Notes: generated from the sequence alone by a model not told the origin. DNA of 64,000 bases from an uncultured Alteromonas sp. (GCA_964454185.1 CAYVST010000003.1:2961-66960); one strand, 5' to 3'. Shown: positions 19,625 through 30,496, counted from the first letter of the stretch. Translations and numbers: made by a program.

Positions 19625-20554
19625 TTACTCTTCAACGACAGATATTGGTTTAGATAGCATGGGCTTGCCTTGGTTGATATTTATTTCAACCCGTCGGTTT
19701 TTAGCTCGGTCTGATGAAGTCGTGGCATTTTCTACTACCGGCGCAGTGTCTGCTTTACCTACTACAGACATCCGGCTCTCGTCAAAGCCAGGGGCTGTGC
19801 GCATTGCTTCCGCTACGGCAACAGCTCTCTGAGAAGATAAGTCCCAATTTGAACGATACAGTTCATTTGCGATATGTTGGCCATCACTGTGCCCCGAAAT
19901 TTCAATCTCTCCAGGAACATCAGCAAGCAACACCCCTATTTTTCTTAGTATTGGTTGAAATTGAGGCTGTAGAAACGCAGAACCTGCTGAAAACGAACCG
20001 TTTTCTTGTATGCGAATCGTAATTTGTTGCCCAAGAGATTCTAACTCAATCGAGCCATCTAGGATTTGTTTTTGAAGTTGCTGCGCAATCTTCTTCATCA
20101 ACTCAGCCGTTTGAGACTGGTCAGAACTTTGCTCTGCTGAAGACGCTGACTCATTAGCAGTTTGTTGAGACTGTCCGCCTCTTTGCTCCCCGCGTTGTTT
20201 CTGCCTCCCACCTGCAGACTCTTCATCGCCTGCCTGAAATTCAAGCATTTGCTGTGTCATTTCAATAGTCTGCTGCTGTATAGACTCTATAGGCGTTGGA
20301 TCAGGCTTGCCTGGTCTGAACTCCATCGCAATAACACTCGTACCCTTTGGAATATCTTTTACTTCAATTTTGTTTTGAACCCCGAAGGCAAACTTCATCG
20401 AACCCGCAATTTGTTTGAATTTAAGCACATCCATTTCGGAAAATGAAAGCAGCAGAACGAAGAAACACATAAGCAAAGACATCAAGTCTGCAAATGTTCC
20501 CATCCAAGCGGGTAGCCCTTCGGGGGGGCATTTTGGGCATTCTTCTTCGGCCAT
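19625..20554 (-). CDS. pomB: Flagellar stator protein PomB/MotB
   Basis: WMGTFADLMSLLMCFFVLL transmembrane segment; OmpA-like domain NRRVEI. Confidence 0.95.
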   Translation of the reverse strand: MAEEECPKCPPEGLPAWMGTFADLMSLLMCFFVLLLSFSEMDVLKFKQIAGSMKFAFGVQNKIEVKDIPKGTSVIAMEFRPGKPDPTPIESIQQQTIEMTQQMLEFQAGDEESAGGRQKQRGEQRGGQSQQTANESASSAEQSSDQSQTAELMKKIAQQLQKQILDGSIELESLGQQITIRIQENGSFSAGSAFLQPQFQPILRKIGVLLADVPGEIEISGHSDGQHIANELYRSNWDLSSQRAVAVAEAMRTAPGFDESRMSVVGKADTAPVVENATTSSDRAKNRRVEININQGKPMLSKPISVVEE

Positions 20555-21315
20555 TATTCTTCCTCAGCAGCGCCTCGTTTACTTGCGGCAAGATAGTTCT
20601 TAAGTACCCCTTCTATCACTCTTGGGTTCTGTCCGTCCGCAATACCAACGATGCCATCGAGCACGAGACTTTGGTTGAGCTTTTCTTCACCAGCACGCAC
20701 AGCAAGCTTGAACGCGATAGGCAAACACACCACGTTGGCGAAAAAAGCGCCGTAGAGCGTTGTCAGTAGTGCAACGGCCATTGCCGGGCCGATTGCCTTG
20801 GGGTCGTCCATGTTCGATAACATCGCAACCAGACCAATCAAGGTACCAATCATTCCCATCGCGGGCGCCACATCCCCCATGCCTTTGAAAATTGACGCGC
20901 CAAAGTCATGTCGCTCACTTGTCATTGAAATATCTTTTGACAGTGTTTCCCTCACTACCTCTATATCGTGACCATCAACCAACATATCTACGCCTTTTTG
21001 CATAAATTCGTTAGTGATTTCAGCTTCTTCTAACGCGAGAAAGCCACCTTTACGGGCAGCATCAGCCATTTCAACGATTTTCTCGATGAGTTCTTCAGGC
21101 GACTCTATTTTGAACATAAACGCTTTGCCCGCTACTTTTCCGGCACCAAAAAACTGGCCGAGCGTAAACTGAGACAAGACAACGAATAAGGTTCCACCGA
21201 AAACGATAAGTATTGACTGCACGTCTATAAACATGCTCATGCTGCCGCCCAGGATCATAGCCATCACTATGAAACCCACCGCGCCCAACATACCTATGAC
21301 GGTTGCTAAATCCAC
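20554..21315 (-). CDS. pomA: Flagellar stator protein PomA
   Basis: APAMGMIGTLIGLV, GPAMAVALLTTLYG. Confidence 0.95.
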   Translation of the reverse strand: MDLATVIGMLGAVGFIVMAMILGGSMSMFIDVQSILIVFGGTLFVVLSQFTLGQFFGAGKVAGKAFMFKIESPEELIEKIVEMADAARKGGFLALEEAEITNEFMQKGVDMLVDGHDIEVVRETLSKDISMTSERHDFGASIFKGMGDVAPAMGMIGTLIGLVAMLSNMDDPKAIGPAMAVALLTTLYGAFFANVVCLPIAFKLAVRAGEEKLNQSLVLDGIVGIADGQNPRVIEGVLKNYLAASKRGAAEEE

Positions 21316-21364
21316 TCACTCTTCCTCATTTATGTGCAGACAGTGCTGTTGATGTACATGTATT

Positions 21365-21391
21365 CTATCGGCAAAGTGTTAAAATACTAAA
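21365..21391 (-). promoter_or_regulatory. sigma28 (FliA) promoter of pomAB
   Basis: Minus strand TTTA-N15-GCCGATAG. Confidence 0.65.
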
Positions 21392-21722
21392 ACAAGATTA
21401 TTGAAAAATATCACATTTATGTGAATGTGACATTAGCACTTACAGACGGCTGCATCCGCCTACGCTTTTCTCGACTATAGCACAAATACAAAGCCACAAA
21501 ATTGAATGTTATAGCGCTTCATACCGCACAAATAAATGTCGATGAGTAAAAGTAGTTGCAGCACACTGCGATTTGCATCTCGCATTGAATGAATAAAAAG
21601 TGAACCAAGAGCCTATAGCCAAGTGAGTTATTGGCAATATACGGACAAACCATTTGACCCTTGTTCACCCCTCAGTTAATGTGCGCGTACATGTATTTTG
21701 GCGACTAAATTGAGTGATGTTT

Positions 21723-21965
21723 ATGACAACGGAAAAAGAAACCGCGTCTTTTGAAGAAACACTGGCTGAGCTAGAAACCATCGTTGACGAGATGGAGAAC
21801 GGTGACCTACCACTCAATAAAGCACTAGAAAAGTTTGAGCGCGGAATCGCACTTTCTCGCCTAGGCCAACAGTCTCTTGAAAACGCCGAACAAAAGGTAA
21901 AGATACTGCTGAGTGAACAAGGCAATGATACGCTTAAACCTCTTCCTGAAAATGAACAACCATAA
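21723..21965 (+). CDS. xseB: Exodeoxyribonuclease VII small subunit
   Basis: SFEETLAELETIV...FERGI; xseB-ispA-dxs synteny; start uncertain (21714-21723). Confidence 0.93.
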   Translation: MTTEKETASFEETLAELETIVDEMENGDLPLNKALEKFERGIALSRLGQQSLENAEQKVKILLSEQGNDTLKPLPENEQP

Positions 21966-21994
21966 TACGTTCATTTTTGACTAACAGGTAACCT

Positions 21995-22885
21995 ATGAAT
22001 TTTTCTGTTTTGCATCAGCAAATAAAACAGCAGACTGATGCATCGCTTTTAACCCTTATTGATACCCTGCCCAATTATGCGCCGCGTCTTAAAGATGCAA
22101 TGCGCCATGCATTGCTCGCAGGTGGTAAACGTATGCGGCCTTTGCTTGTTCAGGTTGTTGGAAATACTTTAGATGTTCCCAAAAAAGACCAGATGGCGAT
22201 AAGCATGGCGATAGAGTGTATTCACGCATACTCACTAGTGCATGATGATTTACCTGCAATGGACGATGATGATCTCAGACGTGGTATGCCAACCTGTCAC
22301 ATCGCGTTTGATGAAGCGACGGCCATTTTGGCTGGTGACGCATTGCAGTCATTAGCTTTTAGCGTGTTAGCAGATGCTCCCTTAAGTGAGTTTGCCCAGA
22401 CAAAGCGTTCGGCGCTTCTTTCTGTACTTGCCAGGAATTCCGGATACGCGGGTATGTGTGGCGGACAAGCCATCGACTTAGCAAGTACAGGTAAAACTAT
22501 TGCGTTAGACGAGCTCAAACAACTTCACAGACTTAAAACAGGTGCGTTATTGAAAGCCTGTGTAGAAATGGTAACTATCGTGTGTGAGGGACTTGCTGAG
22601 CAAACGAAGCATGACCTTATGGCGTATGCCACTGACATCGGCCTGGCGTTTCAGGTGCAAGACGATATCCTCGACGTGGAAGGCAGCAGCGAACAACTCG
22701 GAAAACCAGCAGGCTCTGACGAAGCGCTGGGCAAAAACACTTTCCCAGCAAAACTTGGCTTAGAGGGTGCAAAAAAAGAGTTAGAATTACTTCACAATAA
22801 TGCACTTCAAGCCTTGGCGCGTTTACCCTACAATACAGATAGTTTAATTGCGTTTAGCGAGCTTTTGGTAAAACGCGACCATTAG
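21995..22885 (+). CDS. ispA: Farnesyl diphosphate synthase
   Basis: GGKRMRP, HDDLPAMDDDDLRRG, FQVQDDILD. Confidence 0.96.
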   Translation: MNFSVLHQQIKQQTDASLLTLIDTLPNYAPRLKDAMRHALLAGGKRMRPLLVQVVGNTLDVPKKDQMAISMAIECIHAYSLVHDDLPAMDDDDLRRGMPTCHIAFDEATAILAGDALQSLAFSVLADAPLSEFAQTKRSALLSVLARNSGYAGMCGGQAIDLASTGKTIALDELKQLHRLKTGALLKACVEMVTIVCEGLAEQTKHDLMAYATDIGLAFQVQDDILDVEGSSEQLGKPAGSDEALGKNTFPAKLGLEGAKKELELLHNNALQALARLPYNTDSLIAFSELLVKRDH

Positions 22886-22917
22886 CCACGCGCCATGTTG
22901 AAAAAGATAATAAGTAG

Positions 22918-24795
22918 ATGAGTTTAGACCTCCAACATTACCCAACGCTTGCGCTTGCGCAAACACCAGAGACGTTACGACAGCTGCCCCAAGAAAAGTT
23001 GCGCGAGTTGGCCGACGAGTTACGCGAGTACTTACTCACATGTGTAAGTCAAACCAGTGGCCATTTTGCTTCAGGTTTAGGCACAGTTGAACTTACCGTC
23101 GCATTACACTACGTTTATAACACACCATTCGACCGCTTACTGTGGGATGTTGGCCACCAAGCCTACCCTCATAAAATTCTTACAGGCCGTGCTGAACGCA
23201 TGAGCACTATTCGCAAAAAGAATGGACTACACCCTTTTCCTTGGCCACCAGAAAGTGATTACGACACTTTTGCTGTTGGGCACTCATCAACGTCCATTAG
23301 CGCAGCGCTAGGTATGGCCGTTGCTGCAGAAAAGGAAGGCAAAGACCGTAAAGTGGTTGCAGTTATAGGCGACGGTGCAATGACAGCAGGTATGGCGTTT
23401 GAAGCGCTCAACCACGCTGGTGATATTAAAAAAGACATGGTTGTTGTTCTCAATGACAACGAAATGTCTATCTCTGAGAATGTCGGAGCACTTAATAGCC
23501 ACCTTGCCCGCTTACTTACTGGTAACTTTTTCAACTCGATTCGCGATGGCGGTAAGAAACTGCTAAGCAACGTGCCGCCTATAAAAGAATTCGCAAGCCG
23601 TGCTGAAGAGCATCTAAAAGGTATGGTGGTTCCTGGCACTATTTTTGAAGAACTGGGTTTCAATTATATAGGCCCTATTGATGGGCATGACGTTAACGCA
23701 GTGGTCGATACACTGCGCAACATGCGTAAATTTGAAGGTCCCCAGCTGCTTCATGTTGTGACCAAAAAAGGGAAAGGCTACGCGGTTGCAGAAGAAGACC
23801 CCATTAAGTTCCATGCGGTCCCTAAGTTCAACCCGGCTGACAACGCATTACCCAAGTCGAAGCCTTCTGCACCGACTTATTCTGCGATTTTTGGCAAATG
23901 GCTGTGTGATATGGCGGCGCAAGACCCTAAATTGATGGCTGTGACACCCGCCATGCGAGAAGGGTCTGGCATGGTTGAGTTTTCCCAACAATTTCCAGAA
24001 CAGTATTTTGATGTTGCGATTGCAGAACAACATGCCGTGACTTTTGGTGCCGGACTTGCCAAAGACGGAATGAATGCGGTTGTCGCCATTTATTCGTCAT
24101 TCTTGCAACGTGCATACGATCAGCTCATTCACGACGTTGCAATTCAAGATCTTCCGGTACTGTTTGCCATTGATAGAGCGGGTATTGTGGGTGCTGACGG
24201 TCCGACGCACCAAGGTGCATTTGATATCGCCTTCCTTCGCTGTATACCGAATATGGTAGTTATGGCACCCTCTGATGAAAATGAATGTAGACAAATGCTC
24301 TACACCGGACACAAGCTTCAGAAGCCCGCTGCTGTGCGTTATCCGCGTGGTGCCGGAATGGGTATAACACCAGATGAAGCAATGACGATGTTAGAAATCG
24401 GTAAGTCACGTACCTGCCGGACATCATCAAAAGAACAATCTGAAAGCATCGCTATATTGAACTTTGGTTGCTTACTTCCCTATGCGCTAGAAGCCGCAGA
24501 AACGCTTGATGCCACTGTCATCGATATGCGATTTATCAAACCATTAGATGGCGAGGCGGTGCTAAAAGCAGCACGCGAGCATAGCGCAATAGTAACCCTA
24601 GAAGATGGTTGCATTATGGGCGGTGCTGGTAGCGCAGTACTAGAGCACTTACAACAAAACGGAATACTCAAAGCCGTCAAGATGCTTGGCTTACCTGATA
24701 GTTTTGTTTTACAAGGCACGCAGCAAGAGATGTATAAAGAGCACGGGCTTGATGCTGAAGGTATTATCAAAGCAGCCAGCACGCTAAATTCATAA
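22918..24795 (+). CDS. dxs: 1-deoxy-D-xylulose-5-phosphate synthase
   Basis: [31 protein letters not shown]. Confidence 0.98.
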   Translation: MSLDLQHYPTLALAQTPETLRQLPQEKLRELADELREYLLTCVSQTSGHFASGLGTVELTVALHYVYNTPFDRLLWDVGHQAYPHKILTGRAERMSTIRKKNGLHPFPWPPESDYDTFAVGHSSTSISAALGMAVAAEKEGKDRKVVAVIGDGAMTAGMAFEALNHAGDIKKDMVVVLNDNEMSISENVGALNSHLARLLTGNFFNSIRDGGKKLLSNVPPIKEFASRAEEHLKGMVVPGTIFEELGFNYIGPIDGHDVNAVVDTLRNMRKFEGPQLLHVVTKKGKGYAVAEEDPIKFHAVPKFNPADNALPKSKPSAPTYSAIFGKWLCDMAAQDPKLMAVTPAMREGSGMVEFSQQFPEQYFDVAIAEQHAVTFGAGLAKDGMNAVVAIYSSFLQRAYDQLIHDVAIQDLPVLFAIDRAGIVGADGPTHQGAFDIAFLRCIPNMVVMAPSDENECRQMLYTGHKLQKPAAVRYPRGAGMGITPDEAMTMLEIGKSRTCRTSSKEQSESIAILNFGCLLPYALEAAETLDATVIDMRFIKPLDGEAVLKAAREHSAIVTLEDGCIMGGAGSAVLEHLQQNGILKAVKMLGLPDSFVLQGTQQEMYKEHGLDAEGIIKAASTLNS

Positions 24796-24818
24796 CCTTT
24801 TCACCGCCAAATAAACGC

Positions 24819-24847
24819 AAAAAAAGCCCGCAGAAGCGGGCTTTTTT
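24819..24847. terminator. Bidirectional terminator between dxs and pgpA
   Basis: AAAAAAAGCCCGC-AGAA-GCGGGCTTTTTT. Confidence 0.88.
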
Positions 24848-25346
24848 ATAGAAATTGGAATGTGGCAGGTAAAAAGCTCAACAAAAGATGTAAACATCCA
24901 CAGGCCATAGCACCCGCTATCAGGTCGTCTAACATAATGCCTGTCCCGCCGTGAAGGCGCTTATCTATGATACCAATTGGCCAAGGCTTCAAAATATCGA
25001 ACAAACGAAACAAAACAAAGCCAACGACTAGCGTGGATAGTGAAATCGGTACAAATAAGAACGTAACAAACATGCCTGCGATTTCATCCCACACGATAGA
25101 GCCGTGATCATGAACTTGCATATCGTCAGCTGTTTTGCCACATAAGTAGATTCCGACAATTGAGAAAATAAGGGTAAGTGCCACAAAGGAAATGATAGAT
25201 ACATGGGTACACAGTACAAGCAATGGTAACGCTGCCAATGAACCAAAAGTACCCGGCATGAATGGGATGAGGCCACTACCAAAGCCGAGTGCCAGAAAGT
25301 GTATAGGGTTCTTCATACTCACTCTGGCTCGATACTCTGCTTGCAT
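24846..25346 (-). CDS. pgpA: Phosphatidylglycerophosphatase A
   Basis: GFGSG, PGTFGS, IVWDE, FRLFDILKPWP. Confidence 0.95.
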   Translation of the reverse strand: MQAEYRARVSMKNPIHFLALGFGSGLIPFMPGTFGSLAALPLLVLCTHVSIISFVALTLIFSIVGIYLCGKTADDMQVHDHGSIVWDEIAGMFVTFLFVPISLSTLVVGFVLFRLFDILKPWPIGIIDKRLHGGTGIMLDDLIAGAMACGCLHLLLSFLPATFQFL

Positions 25347-25395
25347 ATTTAATCTCTTGTTTCGACCATGTTAAATTAACGTCTGCATATGCCGC

Positions 25396-26361
25396 TTAAA
25401 AGCTATGTTCGTAACCTGTTGGAGTTACTGGCGTGTACTGTTCATTGTCTTTAAGCAAGGATAATACCCCGGGCTGCCCGGTCAGCTGCCCAATGCATGT
25501 TGCTTTAACATTGGTGCTAGCTAGAGATGTCTCAAGGCTCCCTCGTTGCTCTTCGCCAACCGTAAAGATTAACTCGTAATCATCACCCGCCGACAGCGCA
25601 TATTCCACCGCTTGCTCAGACGATACAGCACTCGTTAGCGCGCGTGATAGTGGTAACTTGTCAACATGCACATTTGCACCGCAGCCAGACGCTTTCAAAA
25701 CATGCCCTAAGTCAGAGATAAGCCCGTCTGACACATCAATGCATGATGTGGCAATTCGGCGAATTGCTGTCCCAACAGCGACTCTTGGTGTAGGAAAGTA
25801 ATGACGATTAACTAGCACGTCTTTCGCTTCACCAGCAACCTCAAGATTGTTTTGTAAGATATCTAAACCAGCGCCCGCGTCACCAAGCGTGCCAGTAACG
25901 TACACCCAATCACCAGGCTTTGCGCCACTTCGCGTTAATTCTGAACCAGGTGGGATAAAGCCTTGAGCGGTAATGGTCATCGCCATAGGCCCTTTTACCG
26001 TATCACCACCAATCAGTTGAACCGAGTAATACTGCGTAAGCTCGTGCAAACCGCTAACAAAGTCGTCTAGCCAAGCTTCATTTACTTCAGGTAACGATAG
26101 CGAAAGACTGATCCATGCAGGTTCAGCTCCCATGGCAGCTAAATCACTTAAGTTCACAGCCACTGTTTTGTATGCCACAGATTTAGCTGGCGCATCATTC
26201 AAAAAATGCACACCAGCAACGAGCGTATCGGTGGTAACAGCAAGTTGTTGGTTTTCAGGAACCGTTGTTACAGCACAGTCATCACCAATACCAATAACAA
26301 CATCTTTGCGTTTGTGGCCACTGTTTGAAAAGTAGCGGCCGATAAGGTCGAATTCTTTCAC
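25396..26361 (-). CDS. thiL: Thiamine-monophosphate kinase
   Basis: GIGDDCA, NLSDLAAMG, DVSDGL, GDDYEL. Confidence 0.96.
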   Translation of the reverse strand: MKEFDLIGRYFSNSGHKRKDVVIGIGDDCAVTTVPENQQLAVTTDTLVAGVHFLNDAPAKSVAYKTVAVNLSDLAAMGAEPAWISLSLSLPEVNEAWLDDFVSGLHELTQYYSVQLIGGDTVKGPMAMTITAQGFIPPGSELTRSGAKPGDWVYVTGTLGDAGAGLDILQNNLEVAGEAKDVLVNRHYFPTPRVAVGTAIRRIATSCIDVSDGLISDLGHVLKASGCGANVHVDKLPLSRALTSAVSSEQAVEYALSAGDDYELIFTVGEEQRGSLETSLASTNVKATCIGQLTGQPGVLSLLKDNEQYTPVTPTGYEHSF

Positions 26362-26380
26362 GGTAATTATAAAACCCTGT

Positions 26381-26401
26381 TAGCGGCAATCCTTGCCGCT
26401 A
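26381..26401. other. Intergenic hairpin between nusB and thiL
   Basis: TAGCGGCAA-TCC-TTGCCGCTA. Confidence 0.5.
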
Positions 26402-26409
26402 TGGTAAGG

Positions 26410-26832
26410 TTAGTCGCGCTCATCTTTGCGCAATGTACGCACCGCTTTATCTAATGCGCCATTAATAAACTTATGACTTTCTTCGGCACCAAAAGCCTTA
26501 GCAAGTTCAATCGCTTCATTAATAATTACGCGATAAGGGACATCGATGCGCTCTGTCAACTCCAGCGTCGCAATGCGAAGGATAGCTTTTTCAATGGCAT
26601 CCAACTCTTCTGGCAAACGACCCAGATATGGTTTGATAGTCGCATCAAGATTGCTTGCGTTGTGTGCAACACCGCGTAACAAGGCCTGAAAATACGCCAT
26701 ATCTACTTTTTGCATGTCATTGCTGGTAGCTAATGCCAGTTCAACTTGCTGAATATCGTTGTGACTCATTTGCCACGAATAAACGCCTTGAAGAGCTAAT
26801 TCACGGGCTTTGCGTCGAGCTGAAACTTTCAC
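26410..26832 (-). CDS. nusB: Transcription antitermination factor NusB
   Basis: ARRKARELALQ, INEAIELAK, FINGALD. Confidence 0.97.
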   Translation of the reverse strand: MKVSARRKARELALQGVYSWQMSHNDIQQVELALATSNDMQKVDMAYFQALLRGVAHNASNLDATIKPYLGRLPEELDAIEKAILRIATLELTERIDVPYRVIINEAIELAKAFGAEESHKFINGALDKAVRTLRKDERD

Positions 26833-26844
26833 TTAATGTTTACC

Positions 26845-27318
26845 TTAAAGCTTTTCAACAGCATCGATTACGTTAACCATTTCCAGCGCGCCAAGGGCTG
26901 CTTCTGCACCCTTGTTACCTGCTTTGGTACCTGAACGTTCGATTGCTTGTTCAATTGAATCTGTTGTGATCACGCCAAATGATACTGGCAAGCCATACTC
27001 TAGAGATACTTGTGCGAGGCCTTTATTACTCTCGCCTGCGACAAAATCAAAATGTGGAGTACCGCCACGAATTACTGCACCAAGCGCAATGATCGCATCA
27101 AATGACTTTTTCTCGGCGAGTTTCTTTGCCACAACGGGTAACTCGTAAGCACCAGGAACACGCACAACCGTGATATCGTCATCGCTTACTTCACCGTGAC
27201 GCTCTAGTGTGTCTAATGCACCTTCTAGTAGGCTTTCAACAACAAAACTATTAAAGCGTGACACAACGATAGCAAACTTCTTACCGGTTGCTCTGATATT
27301 ACCTTCAATTACCTGCAT
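26845..27318 (-). CDS. ribH: 6,7-dimethyl-8-ribityllumazine synthase
   Basis: [27 protein letters not shown]; start at MQVIEG (27318). Confidence 0.96.
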   Translation of the reverse strand: MQVIEGNIRATGKKFAIVVSRFNSFVVESLLEGALDTLERHGEVSDDDITVVRVPGAYELPVVAKKLAEKKSFDAIIALGAVIRGGTPHFDFVAGESNKGLAQVSLEYGLPVSFGVITTDSIEQAIERSGTKAGNKGAEAALGALEMVNVIDAVEKL

Positions 27319-27348
27319 GGTTTCATTCCTCGAGAAAAAACGGCGCGA

Positions 27349-27357
27349 AGTATACCA
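27349..27357 (-). promoter_or_regulatory. Extended -10 internal promoter for ribH-nusB
   Basis: Minus strand TGGTATACT followed by a GC-rich discriminator TCGCGCCG. Confidence 0.5.
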
Positions 27358-27418
27358 CAACTGCGCCTAAACTAAATCGATTGTTTCTTTAACTTTAACT
27401 ATTCATCAAGTACTAACT

Positions 27419-27553
27419 GTGCACACTTTGGTGTGGAGGGGGCATGTCCATCGCAAACCCTCCACCGCATGGATGCGGTGGCGGAGCGTACATGGATGTA
27501 TTCACCGCGTGTTTGCAATGGACATGCCCCCTCCGCGCTTTAACTGTGTGCAC
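27419..27553. repeat. Branched palindromic intergenic element (MITE/REP-like or structured RNA)
   Basis: 24-bp inverted repeat 27435-27458 / 27511-27534 (1 mismatch) enclosing two CATGGATG hairpins; outer GTGCACAC/GTGTGCAC inverted repeat. Confidence 0.8.
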
Positions 27554-28653
27554 TAGTCGTGAACGTACTCCACAACTTCAAGACCATAGCCTGATAGTGC
27601 ATGGTATTTAATGGGTTTGCTCAATAAGCGCATTTTATGTACGCCCATTGATGCCAAAATCTGGCTGCCTACACCAATAGTACGAGAGGAACCTTGCCAG
27701 TCTGCACCAGTAGGACGTTCTCCCCTATCTTCAGCTGCGAAGCGACGCACTTGATGCTCAATGTGTTCTTCTTTGCCTAAAAGCACAAGCACACCACCTT
27801 CTTCTGAAATCTTGCGCATGCCATCAGCAAGTGTCATCGAGCGATGAATACCGCGCGTTGAGCCAAGAAGATCACTAAATGTATTGTGCAAATGAACACG
27901 TACCAAGGTGGCATCGTCTTCATTTATATCACCTTTTTTCAGTGCAAAATGCAGTTGATTGTCGATGCTGTCTTTAAATGTATGAAGCTCAAAATCGCCG
28001 TATTCAGTGGGCAAATTACACTGTGCTACTTTTTCGATAGTGGTTTCATTCAGGTTTCGATACTCGATAAGATCGGCAATAGTACCAATTTTAAGGTCGT
28101 GTTTTTCAGCAAACTTTTCTAGTTCAGCTCGGCGCGCCATGGTGCCGTCTTCGTTGAGTATCTCCACGATGACCCCCGCCGGCTCAAGACCCGCTAGACG
28201 AGGTAAGTCAACACCGGCTTCGGTGTGTCCTGCGCGGTTTAATACGCCACCGTCTTTAGCGATAAGCGGAAAAATGTGACCGGGTTGTACAATATCTGTT
28301 GCTTTGGCTTCTTTTGATACAGCTGCAAGAATAGTGGTTGCACGGTCAGCAGCCGAAATACCGGTAGTTACGCCTGTTGCCGCTTCAATGGACACAGTAA
28401 AGTTAGTAGAGAACTGAGCTTCGTTTTTATCAACCATTAATGGCAGATTTAACGTTCGACAACGGTCTTGCGTCATTGGCAAACACACAAGGCCTCGAGC
28501 ATGTGTCACCATGAAGTTAATTGCTTCGGGGGTCACATGCTCTGCTGCCATGATCAGATCGCCTTCGTTTTCACGATCTTCATCATCCATCAAAATAACC
28601 ATCTTACCTTGACGAATATCTTCAATAATTTCTTGCGTAGTGTTAAATGCCAT
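27553..28653 (-). CDS. ribB: DHBP synthase fused to a degenerate GTP cyclohydrolase II domain (RibBX type)
   Basis: [10 protein letters not shown] and RAGHTEA motifs; the C-terminal domain lacks the zinc-binding cysteines. Confidence 0.92.
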   Translation of the reverse strand: MAFNTTQEIIEDIRQGKMVILMDDEDRENEGDLIMAAEHVTPEAINFMVTHARGLVCLPMTQDRCRTLNLPLMVDKNEAQFSTNFTVSIEAATGVTTGISAADRATTILAAVSKEAKATDIVQPGHIFPLIAKDGGVLNRAGHTEAGVDLPRLAGLEPAGVIVEILNEDGTMARRAELEKFAEKHDLKIGTIADLIEYRNLNETTIEKVAQCNLPTEYGDFELHTFKDSIDNQLHFALKKGDINEDDATLVRVHLHNTFSDLLGSTRGIHRSMTLADGMRKISEEGGVLVLLGKEEHIEHQVRRFAAEDRGERPTGADWQGSSRTIGVGSQILASMGVHKMRLLSKPIKYHALSGYGLEVVEYVHD

Positions 28654-28673
28654 AATTTATGCTTCTTGTAGGG

Positions 28674-29336
28674 TTATTTTTTTAAAAATCCGTTCTCGGC
28701 AAGAAATGCCATATCAATACCTTTGCTCTTTGGCTCAGCGGCTTTATCACCTAACATGAGTCGTTCCAAATATCGGGCAATGACATCTACTTCTAAATTG
28801 ACAGCCGTACCTACTTTGTAGGTTCCCATAATCGTTTCTTTAAGGGTATGCGGAATAATCCATAGCATGAATTCAGCACCATTCACTTCGTTAACTGTCA
28901 GGCTAATGCCATCTACAGTAATACTGCCTTTATGCGCGATATACTTCGCTATTTCTTCTGGTGCTTTAACCCAAAACTCAATGTAGTCTGCATGTTTGAT
29001 GATTTGCGTCACTGAACCTACACCATCGACATGACCTGAAACGATATGGCCGCCAAACCTGTCAGTTGGACGCATGGCTTTTTCTAAGTTCACTGTTGAA
29101 CCTGCTGAATAGTGAGCAAATCCGGTTAACTTGATGGTTTCTGCAGATACGTCTGCACAATAATAGTCGTCGCCCATGTCAGTGACCGTTAAACAAACGC
29201 CGTTTGTGGCAATGCTGTCCCCCAATGCTACATCTGTCATGTCTAGCGTCGGCGATGCAACGGTAAGGCGGATATCATTGCCGCGATTGTCTAGTTTTTG
29301 AATAGTGCCTAAAGCTTGGATAATTCCGGTGAACAT
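28674..29336 (-). CDS. ribE: Riboflavin synthase
   Basis: MFTGII N-terminus, GGHIVSGHVD, VNLEVD. Confidence 0.96.
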   Translation of the reverse strand: MFTGIIQALGTIQKLDNRGNDIRLTVASPTLDMTDVALGDSIATNGVCLTVTDMGDDYYCADVSAETIKLTGFAHYSAGSTVNLEKAMRPTDRFGGHIVSGHVDGVGSVTQIIKHADYIEFWVKAPEEIAKYIAHKGSITVDGISLTVNEVNGAEFMLWIIPHTLKETIMGTYKVGTAVNLEVDVIARYLERLMLGDKAAEPKSKGIDMAFLAENGFLKK

Positions 29337-29356
29337 AAATTTCCTCTTAAGCGCGG

Positions 29357-30496
29357 TTAGCCACGCTCGCTGCTAACATCGGGACGGAAGATAAGTTTAA
29401 TATCGTTACCTATTTGACGATTTTCAATGAGTGATAGTGAAATAGATTGGTCAAGTGTTGTAAAAGCAGGCAGACGTGCCATGCTGATACCTTTATCGCC
29501 CAACAGCTTGGGGGCTTGATAACATATAAGTTCATCTACGAGCCCTTTGTTTAATAACGCCCCCGAAAGGCCCGGCCCAGCCTCTACCCAGACCTCATTA
29601 AACTGTTTATTGCCAAGGGCCAATAAAAGCGCATCGAGATCAAGCTTTCCATTGAGCTGTGAAACAGCAATATGTTGCTCATCTTCACCATCACAGTGGC
29701 CCGTCGTTGTTGCGATAAACGTGGTATGCCCATCATTTAGCAACTGGAAATCACCGCGAATAACATTGGCACTATCAACCACCACTCTCGCTGGTTGTCT
29801 TAATTCGTCAAGTGGATAAGAGTGCAGATTGGCCTCACTCGACCTCACCAATAAGCTTGGGTCATCAGCTTTCACCGTTCCAGACCCTGTGAGCACCGCG
29901 CAGCTTTGCGCACGATAACGCTGTACGTCGCGCCTTGCATCGGGACCGGTAATCCACTGGCTTACTCCGTTGCCTAGTGCAATCTTACCATCAAGGCTAA
30001 TACCTAGTTTAAGGCGTACATATGGACGCCCCGTTAACATGCGTTTTATAAAACCTGGATTGAGCGCAGCAGCTTGAGTTGCCATTACGTCACTGACAAC
30101 GTCGACACCAGCTTCCTGCAAAATTCGAATACCATTGCCGCTGACGGTGGGGTTTGGATCAGTCATTCCAATGACCACACGACGCACCTTTGCATTGACC
30201 AATGCTTCTGCGCAGGGGGGCGTTCGACCATAGTGACTACACGGTTCTAGTGTGACATAGGCAGTAGCACCTTGTGCTCCTTGCTCTCTGGTAGCCGCTG
30301 CATCACGCAAGGCATGTACTTCAGCATGAGGGGTCCCAGCTTTTATGTGGAAGCCTTGACCGATAAGCTGGTTATTTTCATCAACAATAACACAGCCCAC
30401 ACGAGGGTTTGGTGAGGTGGTGTAACGCCCTTTTTGGGCAAGCTGAATGGCCTTTGCCATCCAATAACAATCATTTTGTTTTATAGCGTGATCCAC
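29357..30496 (-). CDS. ribD: Bifunctional deaminase/reductase RibD
   Basis: PNPRVG, HAE, TLEPCSHYGRTPPC. Confidence 0.97.
   Translation of the reverse strand: MDHAIKQNDCYWMAKAIQLAQKGRYTTSPNPRVGCVIVDENNQLIGQGFHIKAGTPHAEVHALRDAAATREQGAQGATAYVTLEPCSHYGRTPPCAEALVNAKVRRVVIGMTDPNPTVSGNGIRILQEAGVDVVSDVMATQAAALNPGFIKRMLTGRPYVRLKLGISLDGKIALGNGVSQWITGPDARRDVQRYRAQSCAVLTGSGTVKADDPSLLVRSSEANLHSYPLDELRQPARVVVDSANVIRGDFQLLNDGHTTFIATTTGHCDGEDEQHIAVSQLNGKLDLDALLLALGNKQFNEVWVEAGPGLSGALLNKGLVDELICYQAPKLLGDKGISMARLPAFTTLDQSISLSLIENRQIGNDIKLIFRPDVSSERG

Noticed and set aside
21567-21584. TGCGA-N8-TCGCA resembling a CRP-S competence site
   Set aside because: The spacer is 8 bp, not the required 6.
27319-27552. 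FMN riboswitch or CRISPR repeat in the rib intergenic region
   Set aside because: No RFN consensus (AGGGCGGGGTGAAATTCCC) and no repeat-spacer periodicity.
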